Origin: Patescibacteria group bacterium
GTDB lineage: Bacteria; Patescibacteriota; Minisyncoccia; Phycocordibacterales; UBA2100
NCBI GenBank assembly: GCA_038064835.1
Contig: JBBTSD010000003.1
Location: forward strand, 59,585-123,584
Reading direction: 5' to 3'
DNA: 64,000 bases
A program made the position numbers and the translations under genes. The number at the start of each line of letters is the position of its first letter. Position 1 is the first letter of the stretch. The notes beneath the pieces are model-generated. The model had not been told where the DNA came from, did no database searches, and worked only from the letters and a program-made list of their open reading frames with translations. This document shows positions 17,039 through 26,728 of the stretch, in pieces.

Positions 17039-19699
17039 ATGAAGCGATTGTTGCAATACACAATCCTGTTTCTCATCCGCCTCATCATCCCCCTGCACTA
17101 CAAAGTGCGGGTCAAAAACATCGAGGCAGTCAAAGGGCTCACGGGCGGGCTCATTATGCCCGACCACACCGCCCTCACCGATCCAGTCATTCTGATGAGC
17201 AGAATATGGAAGCACACAAAGGCTCGCCCGGTGGTCTACACCGGACAGTTCGTGAAGCATCCGTTCTTGATGAAGCTCATCGGCGCACTTCCTATGGACA
17301 GCACCTCTGACGGCAGCGGTTCATGGAAGCTGTGGAAAATTCGCAAACAGAAGAAAGCCGTGCACCACACACTCGCCGAGGAAGGTGAGAATGTGCTGAT
17401 CTATCCCTCGGGACAACTGCGCTCCGACGAATTCGAATCTCTCGGTGGTAAGTCGAGTGCCTTCGAGCTCATCAGCGAGAACACCGGCACCCCCGTGGTG
17501 CTGGTGCGTATCCGCGGCTTGCGCGGCAGTTTCCTCTCACGCTTTTACACCGGCGGTGTGCGCACGCCTGACGGCCTGCATCTCAAGGCGCTTCTCAAGG
17601 CGAATTGGATGCGCTGGCTCTTCAATCGTGTGCCAGTCACTATCGAATTCGAGCGCTTCGACACTCTGCCGAAGTTCGCTTCGGTCGACGAGTGCAATCG
17701 ATGGCTCGAGCGCTGGTATCATCAGACGCCCGACCCCGTGCCTGAAGGCCGCGAACAGTGGCAGGTGCAAGGCTTTGACTACGGTCGCAAAGCAGCCGAT
17801 CACGACAATGTCGCGATCGACTCGCGGATCGCCGCAAAGGTCATCGCTTTCATCGCCAAGGAACAGGGCGGCCGGGCGCAAGAGATTTCGCTCGACGACG
17901 AACTGATTTCGGATCTTGGCCTCGACTCGCTCACCACGATCTCACTTTACATGTGGGTCGAGGAGGAGTTTGGTCATTCGGTCGACATGAATGCACCGCT
18001 CGTCACCGTGCGCGATGTTGCCCTCGCCGCTCAAGGCGTCCTCACCGAGGTCGTCGTGGAACAGGTCGAGGAAACACCCGCACACTGGATCGAAGAAAAC
18101 CGAAAAGCCCCCGCTTCAATCCCGGGTGCTCACAACATTCCTTATGCGTTTTTGCGCACCATGCGTCGCCTTGGCCGTTCAGCCATCGCGATGGGCGACG
18201 AACGCATCGGCGGAAAATGCACGCTCACATATGGACAAGTATGCGAGCGTGGTTTGATGCTCTCGCAAATTGTTCGCAGTCTTCCTGGAAAACGAGTCGG
18301 GATTATGTTGCCTGCTTCGGCAGGTGCCGCGGTGACCGGACTGTCTGTGATGTTTGCGGGACGCGTTCCCGTCTTCCTCAATTGGACAAACGGCAGTGCC
18401 GCACTCGACGAATCAATTCGAATTGCTGGCGTGGGAGTCGTCCTCACTTCGGACGCGTTCCTCGACAAGGCGCAGTGCATGCTCTCGGACGAGACAGCCG
18501 CAAAGCTGCTCCCGCTCGAACAAGTACGCAAACAGCTCGGCCTGAAGCATCTCATCAGGGGAAAGCTGCTCTCGCGGCTTCCGACATGGATGCTTCTGCG
18601 CGTCTTGGGTGCGAACTTCAAGCGCGACGAAGATGCCGTCATTCTGTTTACCAGCGGCTCTGAGAAAGCGCCGAAAGGCGTCCGACTCACCCACCGAAAC
18701 ATTCTCTCGAATGTGCACGGCGCCCTCACCGCAATCGGCGGCGAGCCGACTGATGTGATGCTGGGCTTCTTGCCCCCGTTCCATTCGTTTGGATTGACGC
18801 TCATCAACATGCTCTGCCTCACTGGCGGCGTGAAGACAGCGTATGAACCCGACCCAAAGAAGTATCGCCGCCTCGCCAAGCAGACTCGAAAGTGGCAGGC
18901 CACCCTGATTCCCGGGACACCGGATTTCTTGAGTGGCATTCTCACTTCCGGATCAATCGAAGACTTCAAAACTGTGCGCGCATTTTTGTCGGGTGCTCAA
19001 AAGGCTCCGGCATCGCTTCGTGCATTAGTTGAGCGAGTCAATTCCGTTCTCATCGAAGGGTACGGTATCACTGAAACCGGGCCACTCATCTCGGTCAATC
19101 GAATCGGCCACCCAATGGTCGGTGTGGGGCAGCCCATACTCGACAGCGAGGTGATCTTCGTCAATCCGGCAACGCACGAAATTGTTGCCGACGAAAACGA
19201 AGGTCTTATTCTCGTCCAGGGTCCCGGCGTCTCGCCAGGATACTTGGGAGAAATGCCGTTCCCCATCCTGCATGCCTACGGCGCCGATTGGTACAATACC
19301 GGCGACCTTGGCAAAAAAATGCCGGAAGGTGACATTGTTATCACCGGCCGCCAATCGCTGTTCCTGAAATCAGGCGGCGAGATGGTGAGCATTCCGGCAA
19401 TCGAAGAAACACTTATTGGTCTCTGGCCGACAGGAGAAAACGGACCCGTAGTGACGGTCCATGGCGAAGAGCGCGACGGCCAACCGGCTCTCGTCTGCCT
19501 CTATACCACCGACGAATCCGCAACGCTTGAAAAAGCGAACGCGGCACTGAAGTCGGCGGGTCTCAGCCCACTGTCGTATGTGCGTGTCCGATGCGTCCTA
19601 CCCGAAATTCCCTTGTTGGGAACCGGCAAGACGAACCGGCGCGCACTGCCCAAGCCAACCGATGTGCTTGCAACCCAGGCACAAAGCGCTGCCGCATAA
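17039..19699 (+). CDS. Tridomain fusion of lysophospholipid acyltransferase (PlsC-type), phosphopantetheine carrier domain and acyl-activating enzyme (Aas-like acyl-ACP synthetase).
   Basis: N-terminal H-x4-D motif (PDHTALTD) and YPSGQ. Middle DLGLDSL (serine attachment site). C-terminal TSGSEKAPKGV, GYGITETGP, YNTGDLG...GR. Confidence 0.75.
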   Translation: MKRLLQYTILFLIRLIIPLHYKVRVKNIEAVKGLTGGLIMPDHTALTDPVILMSRIWKHTKARPVVYTGQFVKHPFLMKLIGALPMDSTSDGSGSWKLWKIRKQKKAVHHTLAEEGENVLIYPSGQLRSDEFESLGGKSSAFELISENTGTPVVLVRIRGLRGSFLSRFYTGGVRTPDGLHLKALLKANWMRWLFNRVPVTIEFERFDTLPKFASVDECNRWLERWYHQTPDPVPEGREQWQVQGFDYGRKAADHDNVAIDSRIAAKVIAFIAKEQGGRAQEISLDDELISDLGLDSLTTISLYMWVEEEFGHSVDMNAPLVTVRDVALAAQGVLTEVVVEQVEETPAHWIEENRKAPASIPGAHNIPYAFLRTMRRLGRSAIAMGDERIGGKCTLTYGQVCERGLMLSQIVRSLPGKRVGIMLPASAGAAVTGLSVMFAGRVPVFLNWTNGSAALDESIRIAGVGVVLTSDAFLDKAQCMLSDETAAKLLPLEQVRKQLGLKHLIRGKLLSRLPTWMLLRVLGANFKRDEDAVILFTSGSEKAPKGVRLTHRNILSNVHGALTAIGGEPTDVMLGFLPPFHSFGLTLINMLCLTGGVKTAYEPDPKKYRRLAKQTRKWQATLIPGTPDFLSGILTSGSIEDFKTVRAFLSGAQKAPASLRALVERVNSVLIEGYGITETGPLISVNRIGHPMVGVGQPILDSEVIFVNPATHEIVADENEGLILVQGPGVSPGYLGEMPFPILHAYGADWYNTGDLGKKMPEGDIVITGRQSLFLKSGGEMVSIPAIEETLIGLWPTGENGPVVTVHGEERDGQPALVCLYTTDESATLEKANAALKSAGLSPLSYVRVRCVLPEIPLLGTGKTNRRALPKPTDVLATQAQSAAA

Positions 19700-19734
19700 G
19701 CAGTGCAAACCCCCTCGCGATCCGCGAGGGGGTT

Positions 19735-20970
19735 TTAATGTCCAGTACCCGCACCGGTAACTCCATCAAATATATCCGCTCGTTTTTCTCCCTCGACGGA
19801 AATGGTCCCCCAAGCACCCTTGTCGAGCCGTGCCAGCGCGTGGTCTACCAGCACATAAGTCCCGGGGATATCTGCAGTGAATTCAACAATGGCTGCACCA
19901 CCCGACGGAACAAGTGTCGTTTGTACATTCTGAAAAAGACTTCCTCCCATTTGAGCTTCGGGGTAAACCGTGTCAAATATCTCGCCGATGAGATGAAATG
20001 AGGAGATGAGGTTCACTCCACCATTCCCCACATAGACACGAACTTTTTCACCTTGGTGGAGCACGAGCCTATCTTTTGAGACTGCGCCCACTCGGCCATT
20101 GAAAACAATATATTCCGGGTTCCCTGCAAGCATCCTCCCAGCGTCAATAACCTGTAGGCCCTTAATCCCTCTGCCCCCCGCAGTGTACAACTCTCCCTGC
20201 ATCACATAGAGTTCACGATCAACCGCGGGCAAGGCAACTTTTGGCTCGACCAAAATAAGTCCGTACATACCGTGTGCCATGTGGTTTGCAACATTTGGGT
20301 GGGCACAATGGTACACATACAGACCGGGATTGAGTGCTTTGAACGAAAGTGTCTTCTCTTCACCAGGTGCAACATCAGTAACAGTTGCTCCTCCACCGGG
20401 CCCAGTAACTGCATGCAGATCAATACTATGTCTGTGCAGACTCGAAGGGTCGTTTTTCAGTTTCAATGTTACCTGATCACCCTCTCGTATACGCAGAAAT
20501 GGACCGGGTACTGTGCCCTCAAATGTCCAATAATTTACCAGGACTCCTGGCGCAACTTCTGAGAGAACTTCTTTTGCTACCAGCGCAATTTCTACTGTCG
20601 TTGTGCTAGTGCGCTCGATAGGTGCCGGCACATCCAGCGGGTCGCGCGCTATGTCCTTGACTCGTTCGAAATGCTGCAGATTCGAGAAAAATGAGAAAAT
20701 ATTTTTGAGTGGAAGCCCAGGCCCTTCAGCGGGTCCGTAGGTGTGCATCCCGAAAGGATATTGTAAATCTCTGTTCACACCGACAGGAAACCAAAAGAAA
20801 AGCATCACGCCTGCAAAAAAAGCGCCCATAAGAATCGTGTCGCGAAGTGAGTGATGCTTTCTGAGAACGAGATAGAGAAACGCCAGTGCTGCGAGACCAG
20901 CAAGCACCAGTCCAAAACCCTGGACGATTAGATAGTGCACGAGTGACCACATCTGACCAATCATTTCCAT
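19735..20970 (-). CDS. nirK: Copper-containing nitrite reductase (NirK-type two-domain multicopper oxidase) with an N-terminal 2-TM anchor.
   Basis: HSIDLHAVTG (type-1/type-2 Cu His pair), YVYHCAHPNVANHMAHGMYG (Cys/His/Met), and C-terminal VDHAL His. Confidence 0.75.
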   Translation of the reverse strand: MEMIGQMWSLVHYLIVQGFGLVLAGLAALAFLYLVLRKHHSLRDTILMGAFFAGVMLFFWFPVGVNRDLQYPFGMHTYGPAEGPGLPLKNIFSFFSNLQHFERVKDIARDPLDVPAPIERTSTTTVEIALVAKEVLSEVAPGVLVNYWTFEGTVPGPFLRIREGDQVTLKLKNDPSSLHRHSIDLHAVTGPGGGATVTDVAPGEEKTLSFKALNPGLYVYHCAHPNVANHMAHGMYGLILVEPKVALPAVDRELYVMQGELYTAGGRGIKGLQVIDAGRMLAGNPEYIVFNGRVGAVSKDRLVLHQGEKVRVYVGNGGVNLISSFHLIGEIFDTVYPEAQMGGSLFQNVQTTLVPSGGAAIVEFTADIPGTYVLVDHALARLDKGAWGTISVEGEKRADIFDGVTGAGTGH

Positions 20971-21022
20971 GCCGCCATTATATCACTGCAAAAGCACGAA
21001 AGTCTGATGCTATACTGAACAC

Positions 21023-22669
21023 ATGTCGCTTGCTATTGAAGATTTGAAAAAAGCAGTGCGCGGAGATGTGGTAAACGACCAGAAGACCCGCGCCATCTAC
21101 AGCGAAGACGCAAGCATATTCCATCTCCAGCCTGCCTGTGTAGTTTCTCCGAAAGACACTGCCGATCTGCAGTCTTTGGTGCGCTATGCGCATGAACACC
21201 GTGCCGACATGTCGCTCACTGCACGAGCCGCAGGCACCGATATGAGTGGTGGCCCACTCACCACATCGGTAGTGGTAGATTTTTTGAAATATTTTAACAA
21301 AACGCTGGAAGTGAACGACGCCGGCTGGGCACGGGCACAGCCCGGCGCCTACTACAGAGACTTCGAGAAAGCAACCCTTGCAAAGGGATGGTTGCTTCCC
21401 TGCTATACCGCATCGCGCGAGTTGAACACTGTGGGTGGTATGGTGGCCAACAATTCTGGTGGTGAGCAATCACTGACCTACGGAAAGACCAACCGCTATG
21501 CACGCGAAATTGAAATGGTACTCGACGACGGATCACTCTTCCGTTTCAAAAAGCTCACTCGAGCAGAGCTCGAGCAAGTAAAGTCTGAGCACACAAGGGC
21601 AGGTGATATTCACCGTCATATCGAACAGCTTATCGCTCAACACCAGGAAAAAATCGCAAAGGCAAAACCAGCAGTTTCTAAAGACTCAACAGGTTATGCA
21701 TTATGGGATGTCTGGGACCGCAAGGCCGACACCTTCGACCTTACGCAGATTATCGTTGGTTCTCAAGGAACACTCGGTCTTATTTCTGAAATTGATTTTT
21801 CGCTGGTGCGTCCTAAGAAAAATTCCCAAATGCTCGTGATTTTCCTCCACCGGCGTGACATGCAAAAGCTTGGCCACTTGGTCAATGCCATTCTTGCCCA
21901 CAAACCTGAAAGCTTTGAGTCCTACGACGACCATACTTTTTTGATTCTTCTTAAAGTCCTTCCCAGTATGCTCAAGCGCCTCGGCGCCACTATTTTTTCG
22001 CTCGGATGGAAGTTCCTTCCCGAGATGCGTTCCGTGCTTACCGGCGGTATTCCCAAACTGGTTCTTCTAGCACAATTTACGAGCGACGATGCGCATGAAG
22101 CTCGAGTGCAAGCCGAAAAAGCGCGGGACGACCTTGCGTCGTTTCATGTGCAAACTCACCTCACTAAGGACGCATCCGAAAGCGAGAAGTACTGGGTCAT
22201 CCGTCGCGAAAGCTTCAACCTATTGCGCTCGCATGTACACGGCAAATTAACAGCTCCGTTTATCGATGACCTTTCGGTACTTCCAGAGAAACTTCCAGAG
22301 TTTCTCCCCAAATTGTATGCAATTCTTGACGAATACGATATTACCTATACCATCGCCGGGCATGTGGGCGACGGCAACTTCCACATTATTCCCCTCGTTG
22401 ATTTCTCAAGGCCTGACCTTGCACAAATCTTCCACGACCTTTCCGAAAAAGTCTATGACCTCACTTTTTCCTTTGGCGGTTCGATGAGTGGCGAACACAA
22501 CGACGGACTTATTCGCACACCGTTTCTTGAAAAAATGTATGGCCGCGACATCGTAGCGCTTTTCGAGGAGACCAAAAATATTTTTGACCCACTTACCATC
22601 TTTAACCCTCACAAGAAAGTCAACTTCAAACCGGAGCTGGCAATCCTCAAAAGCGGAAAGAGTGCATAG
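21023..22669 (+). CDS. FAD-linked oxidase (GlcD / D-lactate dehydrogenase family).
   Basis: FAD_binding_4-type motifs LTARAAGTDMSGGPL and VGGMVANNSGG. 548 aa. Divergent from nirK, with only a 52-nt spacer. Confidence 0.8.
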   Translation: MSLAIEDLKKAVRGDVVNDQKTRAIYSEDASIFHLQPACVVSPKDTADLQSLVRYAHEHRADMSLTARAAGTDMSGGPLTTSVVVDFLKYFNKTLEVNDAGWARAQPGAYYRDFEKATLAKGWLLPCYTASRELNTVGGMVANNSGGEQSLTYGKTNRYAREIEMVLDDGSLFRFKKLTRAELEQVKSEHTRAGDIHRHIEQLIAQHQEKIAKAKPAVSKDSTGYALWDVWDRKADTFDLTQIIVGSQGTLGLISEIDFSLVRPKKNSQMLVIFLHRRDMQKLGHLVNAILAHKPESFESYDDHTFLILLKVLPSMLKRLGATIFSLGWKFLPEMRSVLTGGIPKLVLLAQFTSDDAHEARVQAEKARDDLASFHVQTHLTKDASESEKYWVIRRESFNLLRSHVHGKLTAPFIDDLSVLPEKLPEFLPKLYAILDEYDITYTIAGHVGDGNFHIIPLVDFSRPDLAQIFHDLSEKVYDLTFSFGGSMSGEHNDGLIRTPFLEKMYGRDIVALFEETKNIFDPLTIFNPHKKVNFKPELAILKSGKSA

Positions 22670-22914
22670 GGCACTTCCATAGAACGAGGGACGGATACTT
22701 CTTCAACCGAGAGTGTTTGCCTACCCGCGGTCGCGCATCTGCACGGTTTTCAATGCCCAACTCTATAGACCCCTTCCGCGCCGCACCAGGTGCAGAACCA
22801 CGTTTTCTTTGCCATTGGTGCATCTCCCACAGTCCACCAACGGTCGCAAACAACACAGCGAAAATGGTGCAATTTTTCAATCGAACGATTCAGCTTTTTC
22901 ATGCCACTTACGTT

Positions 22915-23607
22915 TCACTTGAGCGTAATGGATTCAATGACGACTGCCTCAACAGGCCGGTCACTTGCGCCGGTTGCAACTGCGCCGATAGCCATGACCA
23001 CATCCAATCCCTTGGTCACTTTTGCGAATACGGTGTGTTTGTCGTCGAGAAAGTTGTTTGCCTTGGTGTTGATAAAAAACTGACTGCCATTGGTATTTGG
23101 CCCAGCATTTGCCATCGCGATAGTTCCCACTTCGTTTCTATTGGTCGCGGATATTTCGTCTGCAAAAGAATATCCTGGTCCACCAGTACCCCACCGCCCT
23201 GCTTGAGAATCATCTTTGCTCAACGGATCGCCACCCTGGATCATGAAGTCTTTGATTACGCGATGAAATTTGGTGCCGTTGTAAAATCCTTCACCTGCGA
23301 GTTTTATAAAGTTTGCCACCGTCTGTGGTGCCTGGCTCTCCAAGAACTCGACAGTGATGTCTCCTTTGCTTGTTTTAAATGTTGCAGTCATACTTTTTTT
23401 GTTATCGCCTACTTTAGTAACTACGGCAGGTGCTGGCGAGGTGGTGCTTGCCTGCGTATCCGCCAACACAAGCGTACCGTTCGCATTGAGCGAATAATTT
23501 TCGGCTTGCGTGATTTCACTTTTATCCGCTCGTCCGCTCGTCAGCACAAGCCATGCGCCCCCAATAATAAGCACTGCCACCCCTGCAGCAATAATTTTCA
23601 TACGCAT
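22915..23607 (-). CDS. ppiB: Cyclophilin-type peptidyl-prolyl isomerase with an N-terminal anchor.
   Basis: FHRVIKDFMIQGGDP and GTIAMANAGPNTNGSQFFI. Confidence 0.85.
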   Translation of the reverse strand: MRMKIIAAGVAVLIIGGAWLVLTSGRADKSEITQAENYSLNANGTLVLADTQASTTSPAPAVVTKVGDNKKSMTATFKTSKGDITVEFLESQAPQTVANFIKLAGEGFYNGTKFHRVIKDFMIQGGDPLSKDDSQAGRWGTGGPGYSFADEISATNRNEVGTIAMANAGPNTNGSQFFINTKANNFLDDKHTVFAKVTKGLDVVMAIGAVATGASDRPVEAVVIESITLK

Positions 23608-23667
23608 AAGTTAACCATATATTTCCCGAGATGCGAACCAGCCCCTGTTTGCTAGAATGCCGAGGCT

Positions 23668-24612
23668 ATGCGCATTCTTGTACCTGGGGTCGCTATCCTG
23701 CTTGCCTTTTTCAGCGTTTTTTTACTCTCCACTGACATAACACCTTCACCTTCAACAGCACCCGATAGGCCAATACGCACGAAAGAAGTCGAGCAACGAC
23801 CGGCACACTTTTCTGACTCTTTTTGGAATGAAATCCTGCAAAAGCAGGGGGCCGTCGCTGCGCATGACACACTTTTAAAAATTGCCAGTCAGGCATCCGA
23901 CCAAGACCAGCACAAGCTCGGGCACTTGTTTGGAAAAGCACTCTACACCACAAACGGCCTTGCCGGATTCCCTATTTGCGGTGTCGAACTTAACGGAGGC
24001 TGTGTACATGAATTTGTCGCCTCGGCCGTCCACGACCAAGGAGTCGGCGTGGTGCAAAAACTGAATAGTGCCTGCCAAACGCGATTCACTGAGAACGACG
24101 CTATTACCTGTCAGCATGGACTCGGACATGGCCTTATTACTTATTTTGGATACGACACTGAAGCTCTTTCAAAGAGCTTGGATGCGTGCGCAACGATCAC
24201 CTCGAAGAATCATACGAAGGGATGCTATGGCGGTGCCTTTATGGAATATAATCTGCGCACGATGCGTGAAAATACTACGCGTGACTACAATTCGACACAG
24301 CCTTTCAGCCCTTGCTTCGACCTGGCGCCCATCTACCAAAACTCCTGCTTTTTTTGGCTACAACAATTGTGGTTTCGAACCGAGTATAACGAAAAACACA
24401 CCGAAGAAACGTTTGCTGAGGTTGGATCTCTCTGCCAAAAGCTTGAACCAGTATTTCGCGAAGCCTGTTTTAGCGGAGTTGGCTACGGAGGCGCACCCGA
24501 AGCAGGACTCAACTCAGAAAAAACACACGCATTTTGTCGAGCGGCTTCACGGGGTGATGCGCAAGATTTTGCCGACTGCTGGGTAGAAGCGCAAAAAGCA
24601 GTCGTGCACTGA
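23668..24612 (+). CDS. Secreted Cys-rich hypothetical protein (14 Cys, repeated C-x-x-G-x-G-x-G-like segments).
   Basis: N-terminal signal/TM ILVPGVAILLAFFSVFLL. No recognisable domain. Confidence 0.45.
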   Translation: MRILVPGVAILLAFFSVFLLSTDITPSPSTAPDRPIRTKEVEQRPAHFSDSFWNEILQKQGAVAAHDTLLKIASQASDQDQHKLGHLFGKALYTTNGLAGFPICGVELNGGCVHEFVASAVHDQGVGVVQKLNSACQTRFTENDAITCQHGLGHGLITYFGYDTEALSKSLDACATITSKNHTKGCYGGAFMEYNLRTMRENTTRDYNSTQPFSPCFDLAPIYQNSCFFWLQQLWFRTEYNEKHTEETFAEVGSLCQKLEPVFREACFSGVGYGGAPEAGLNSEKTHAFCRAASRGDAQDFADCWVEAQKAVVH

Positions 24613-24668
24613 CTCTTGCCACCATCCATCTTTGCGCGTAGGGTGTTATTGGAAAAAGGAGCATTATA

Positions 24669-24860
24669 ATGCCTGTACCCGAAGACCTGCCAGATGATTC
24701 CGATCAGTGGATCAATGAAATCGGCTTTGTCAGCCCCATGTCCATCCCTGACCCCAAGCCGGATGCGCATGAAATCAGTGTCGATTTTGGCGGTATCAAG
24801 GTTGTCCCTGGCCCCCGCACCACCGAAGACGGTAGCTCGGGTTGCCCCGGCCTTATTTGA
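24669..24860 (+). CDS. Small acidic 63-aa ORF with a strong RBS.
   Basis: AGGAG lies 7 nt upstream of ATG. The ORF ends ...GSSGCPGLI and is followed by a hairpin. Confidence 0.4.
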   Translation: MPVPEDLPDDSDQWINEIGFVSPMSIPDPKPDAHEISVDFGGIKVVPGPRTTEDGSSGCPGLI

Positions 24861-24866
24861 ATCCTT

Positions 24867-24888
24867 GCCCGCACCACATGGTGCGGGC
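24867..24888. terminator. GC hairpin between convergent genes.
   Basis: gcccgcacc acat ggtgcgggc. No clear U-run. Confidence 0.4.
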
Positions 24889-24893
24889 ATCTG

Positions 24894-26213
24894 CTATACC
24901 TTGTTCGAGAAAAAACCTTGCGAGAACAACAGCCCTTTTTTAATGAGATCGATGCGGAAATTTTCGTTCGCCCCGTGAATGTTTGAATCTCGATTCGCAA
25001 GACCAATTGCGAGAACGGGTACCTTGAGGATGCGTTGTAACTCTCCGATAATCGGAATACTTGCCCCTTCAAAATTGCGCATGGGGGCGTGTTTGTAGAC
25101 ACGCCTGAGTATCTTCTCGGCACAGGCATACAGTGGCGTGTTCATATCAACAAGTATTGGATCACCATGCATTTCAACAGTGGTCGTCAGCTTGGCCCAG
25201 GGCGCTACTTGTTTCTTGAGGTGCGCAAGAACCTTTCCCACAACCACTTTCGTCTTCTGGCCTGGTGCAATACGCACATTCAATCGTGCCTCGGCAGTAT
25301 GCGGAATTATGTTTTGGAAACCTTCGCCGGTATAACCACCCTGAATACCTGAACATTCGATAGACGGGAAAAATCCTGTCTGTACTGCAAAGCTTGTACC
25401 GCGTAGCGTACGCAATGCTTTTACCCCCGCAACTTTTTTTGCGACCGCATCGTTAATGACCAGACCTGCATCTTTCTTTTGTGATGCGGTGACCTTGGCA
25501 ATACCATCATACATACCTGGCACAGTGATACGGTTTTCTTTGTCATGCAAAGTCCCCACTATCCGCGCGAGTTCGTGCAGTGGATTGGGTAACGCACCAC
25601 CAAAAATACCTGAGTGCACATCGTTCGGTGCAGTGCTTAATTGGATGCGTATATTTGCAGCGGCACGAAATGTTGCTTCAAACATCGGCTTCTCGCCGGC
25701 AAGCTCTCCGTCTGAAACCAGCACAGCATCGCACGCAAGCTCTTTCTTGTGTGCCGTAAGCAATGTCGTGATATCCGGACTCCCTGACTCTTCATCGCCC
25801 TCTATGAGAAAAAGAATGTTGTACGCAAGCTCCTTCCTTTCAATAAGGTCGAGGATACTGGCCACATGCACCAGGAACTGACCTTTATTATCCATGATGC
25901 CTCGCGCATACAAGCGGCCTTTCTCCTCACGCACTGTAAATGCGTCGCCCTGCCATTCAGGTTGTTCTGCCGGCTGCACATCGTAGTGGCCGTATACCAT
26001 GATGGTAGGGGCCTTCTCATCAACAGTATACCGAGCGTAGACAACGGGGTTTGAATTTTTACCTTCCAGAAAACCCGCAGTAAACCCTTTCTCGGTAAAT
26101 AAGGTGCGTAGATAGGTAGCTGCTTTGAGGCACTCGTCTTTATACACAGCACTTGTCGAAATGGATTTAAACGCCACTAAGTCGCGAACCAATGTTTCGT
26201 ATAATGTATTCAT
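24894..26213 (-). CDS. M20-family metallopeptidase/dipeptidase.
   Basis: MVYGHYDVQPAEQPEWQGDAF and IEGDEESGS. Confidence 0.85.
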   Translation of the reverse strand: MNTLYETLVRDLVAFKSISTSAVYKDECLKAATYLRTLFTEKGFTAGFLEGKNSNPVVYARYTVDEKAPTIMVYGHYDVQPAEQPEWQGDAFTVREEKGRLYARGIMDNKGQFLVHVASILDLIERKELAYNILFLIEGDEESGSPDITTLLTAHKKELACDAVLVSDGELAGEKPMFEATFRAAANIRIQLSTAPNDVHSGIFGGALPNPLHELARIVGTLHDKENRITVPGMYDGIAKVTASQKKDAGLVINDAVAKKVAGVKALRTLRGTSFAVQTGFFPSIECSGIQGGYTGEGFQNIIPHTAEARLNVRIAPGQKTKVVVGKVLAHLKKQVAPWAKLTTTVEMHGDPILVDMNTPLYACAEKILRRVYKHAPMRNFEGASIPIIGELQRILKVPVLAIGLANRDSNIHGANENFRIDLIKKGLLFSQGFFSNKV

Positions 26214-26261
26214 CGGTGCATCGTACAGGTAAAGTAACTGAGGTGCAAAAATCTACTGCCA

Positions 26262-26717
26262 CTACGATTCGTACGCTTTCTGTAATCCGGCAATATCAAT
26301 CTTTTTCATCCCCAGCATCGCTTGCATCACCTTGCCAGATTTCACCGGATCAAGATCGCTCAAAAGCTCGCTTAAAGTCTTGGGTATGATTTGCCACGAC
26401 AATCCATATTTGTCTTTGAGCCACCCGCACTGGCCTTCTGCACCACCGTCGGCGATAAGCTTTGCCCACAGATCATCAACTTCTGCCTGATCTGCACAAT
26501 CGACAAACAAGGAAATTGCCTCGGTAAATTTGTACATAGGCCCGCCGTTAAGTGCATACATGGTGAGCCCAGCAATCTCGGCCGAGACCCACATAGCCTT
26601 GTCGCCAGGCCCGGGTGTTACATGGGTAATTTTTGAGTCCTTAAACACCGAAACATAGAAGTTCATTGCTTCTTCTGCCTGTCCGTCGAACCAAAGAAAT
26701 GGAGTAATTTTTTGCAT
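26262..26717 (-). CDS. VOC-superfamily protein, PhnB-like (3-demethylubiquinone-9 methyltransferase-like domain).
   Basis: ITPFLWFDGQAEEAMNFYVSVF. Confidence 0.7.
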   Translation of the reverse strand: MQKITPFLWFDGQAEEAMNFYVSVFKDSKITHVTPGPGDKAMWVSAEIAGLTMYALNGGPMYKFTEAISLFVDCADQAEVDDLWAKLIADGGAEGQCGWLKDKYGLSWQIIPKTLSELLSDLDPVKSGKVMQAMLGMKKIDIAGLQKAYES

Positions 26718-26728
26718 AGTTTTTGTTG

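Noticed and set aside
17445-18969. Internal and antisense ORFs within the Aas-like gene.
   Set aside because: The main frame carries three well-defined domains end to end.
22717-23655. 312-aa plus-strand ORF overlapping ppiB.
   Set aside because: The opposite strand encodes an unmistakable cyclophilin. This frame is Cys/His/Arg-rich noise with no start signals.
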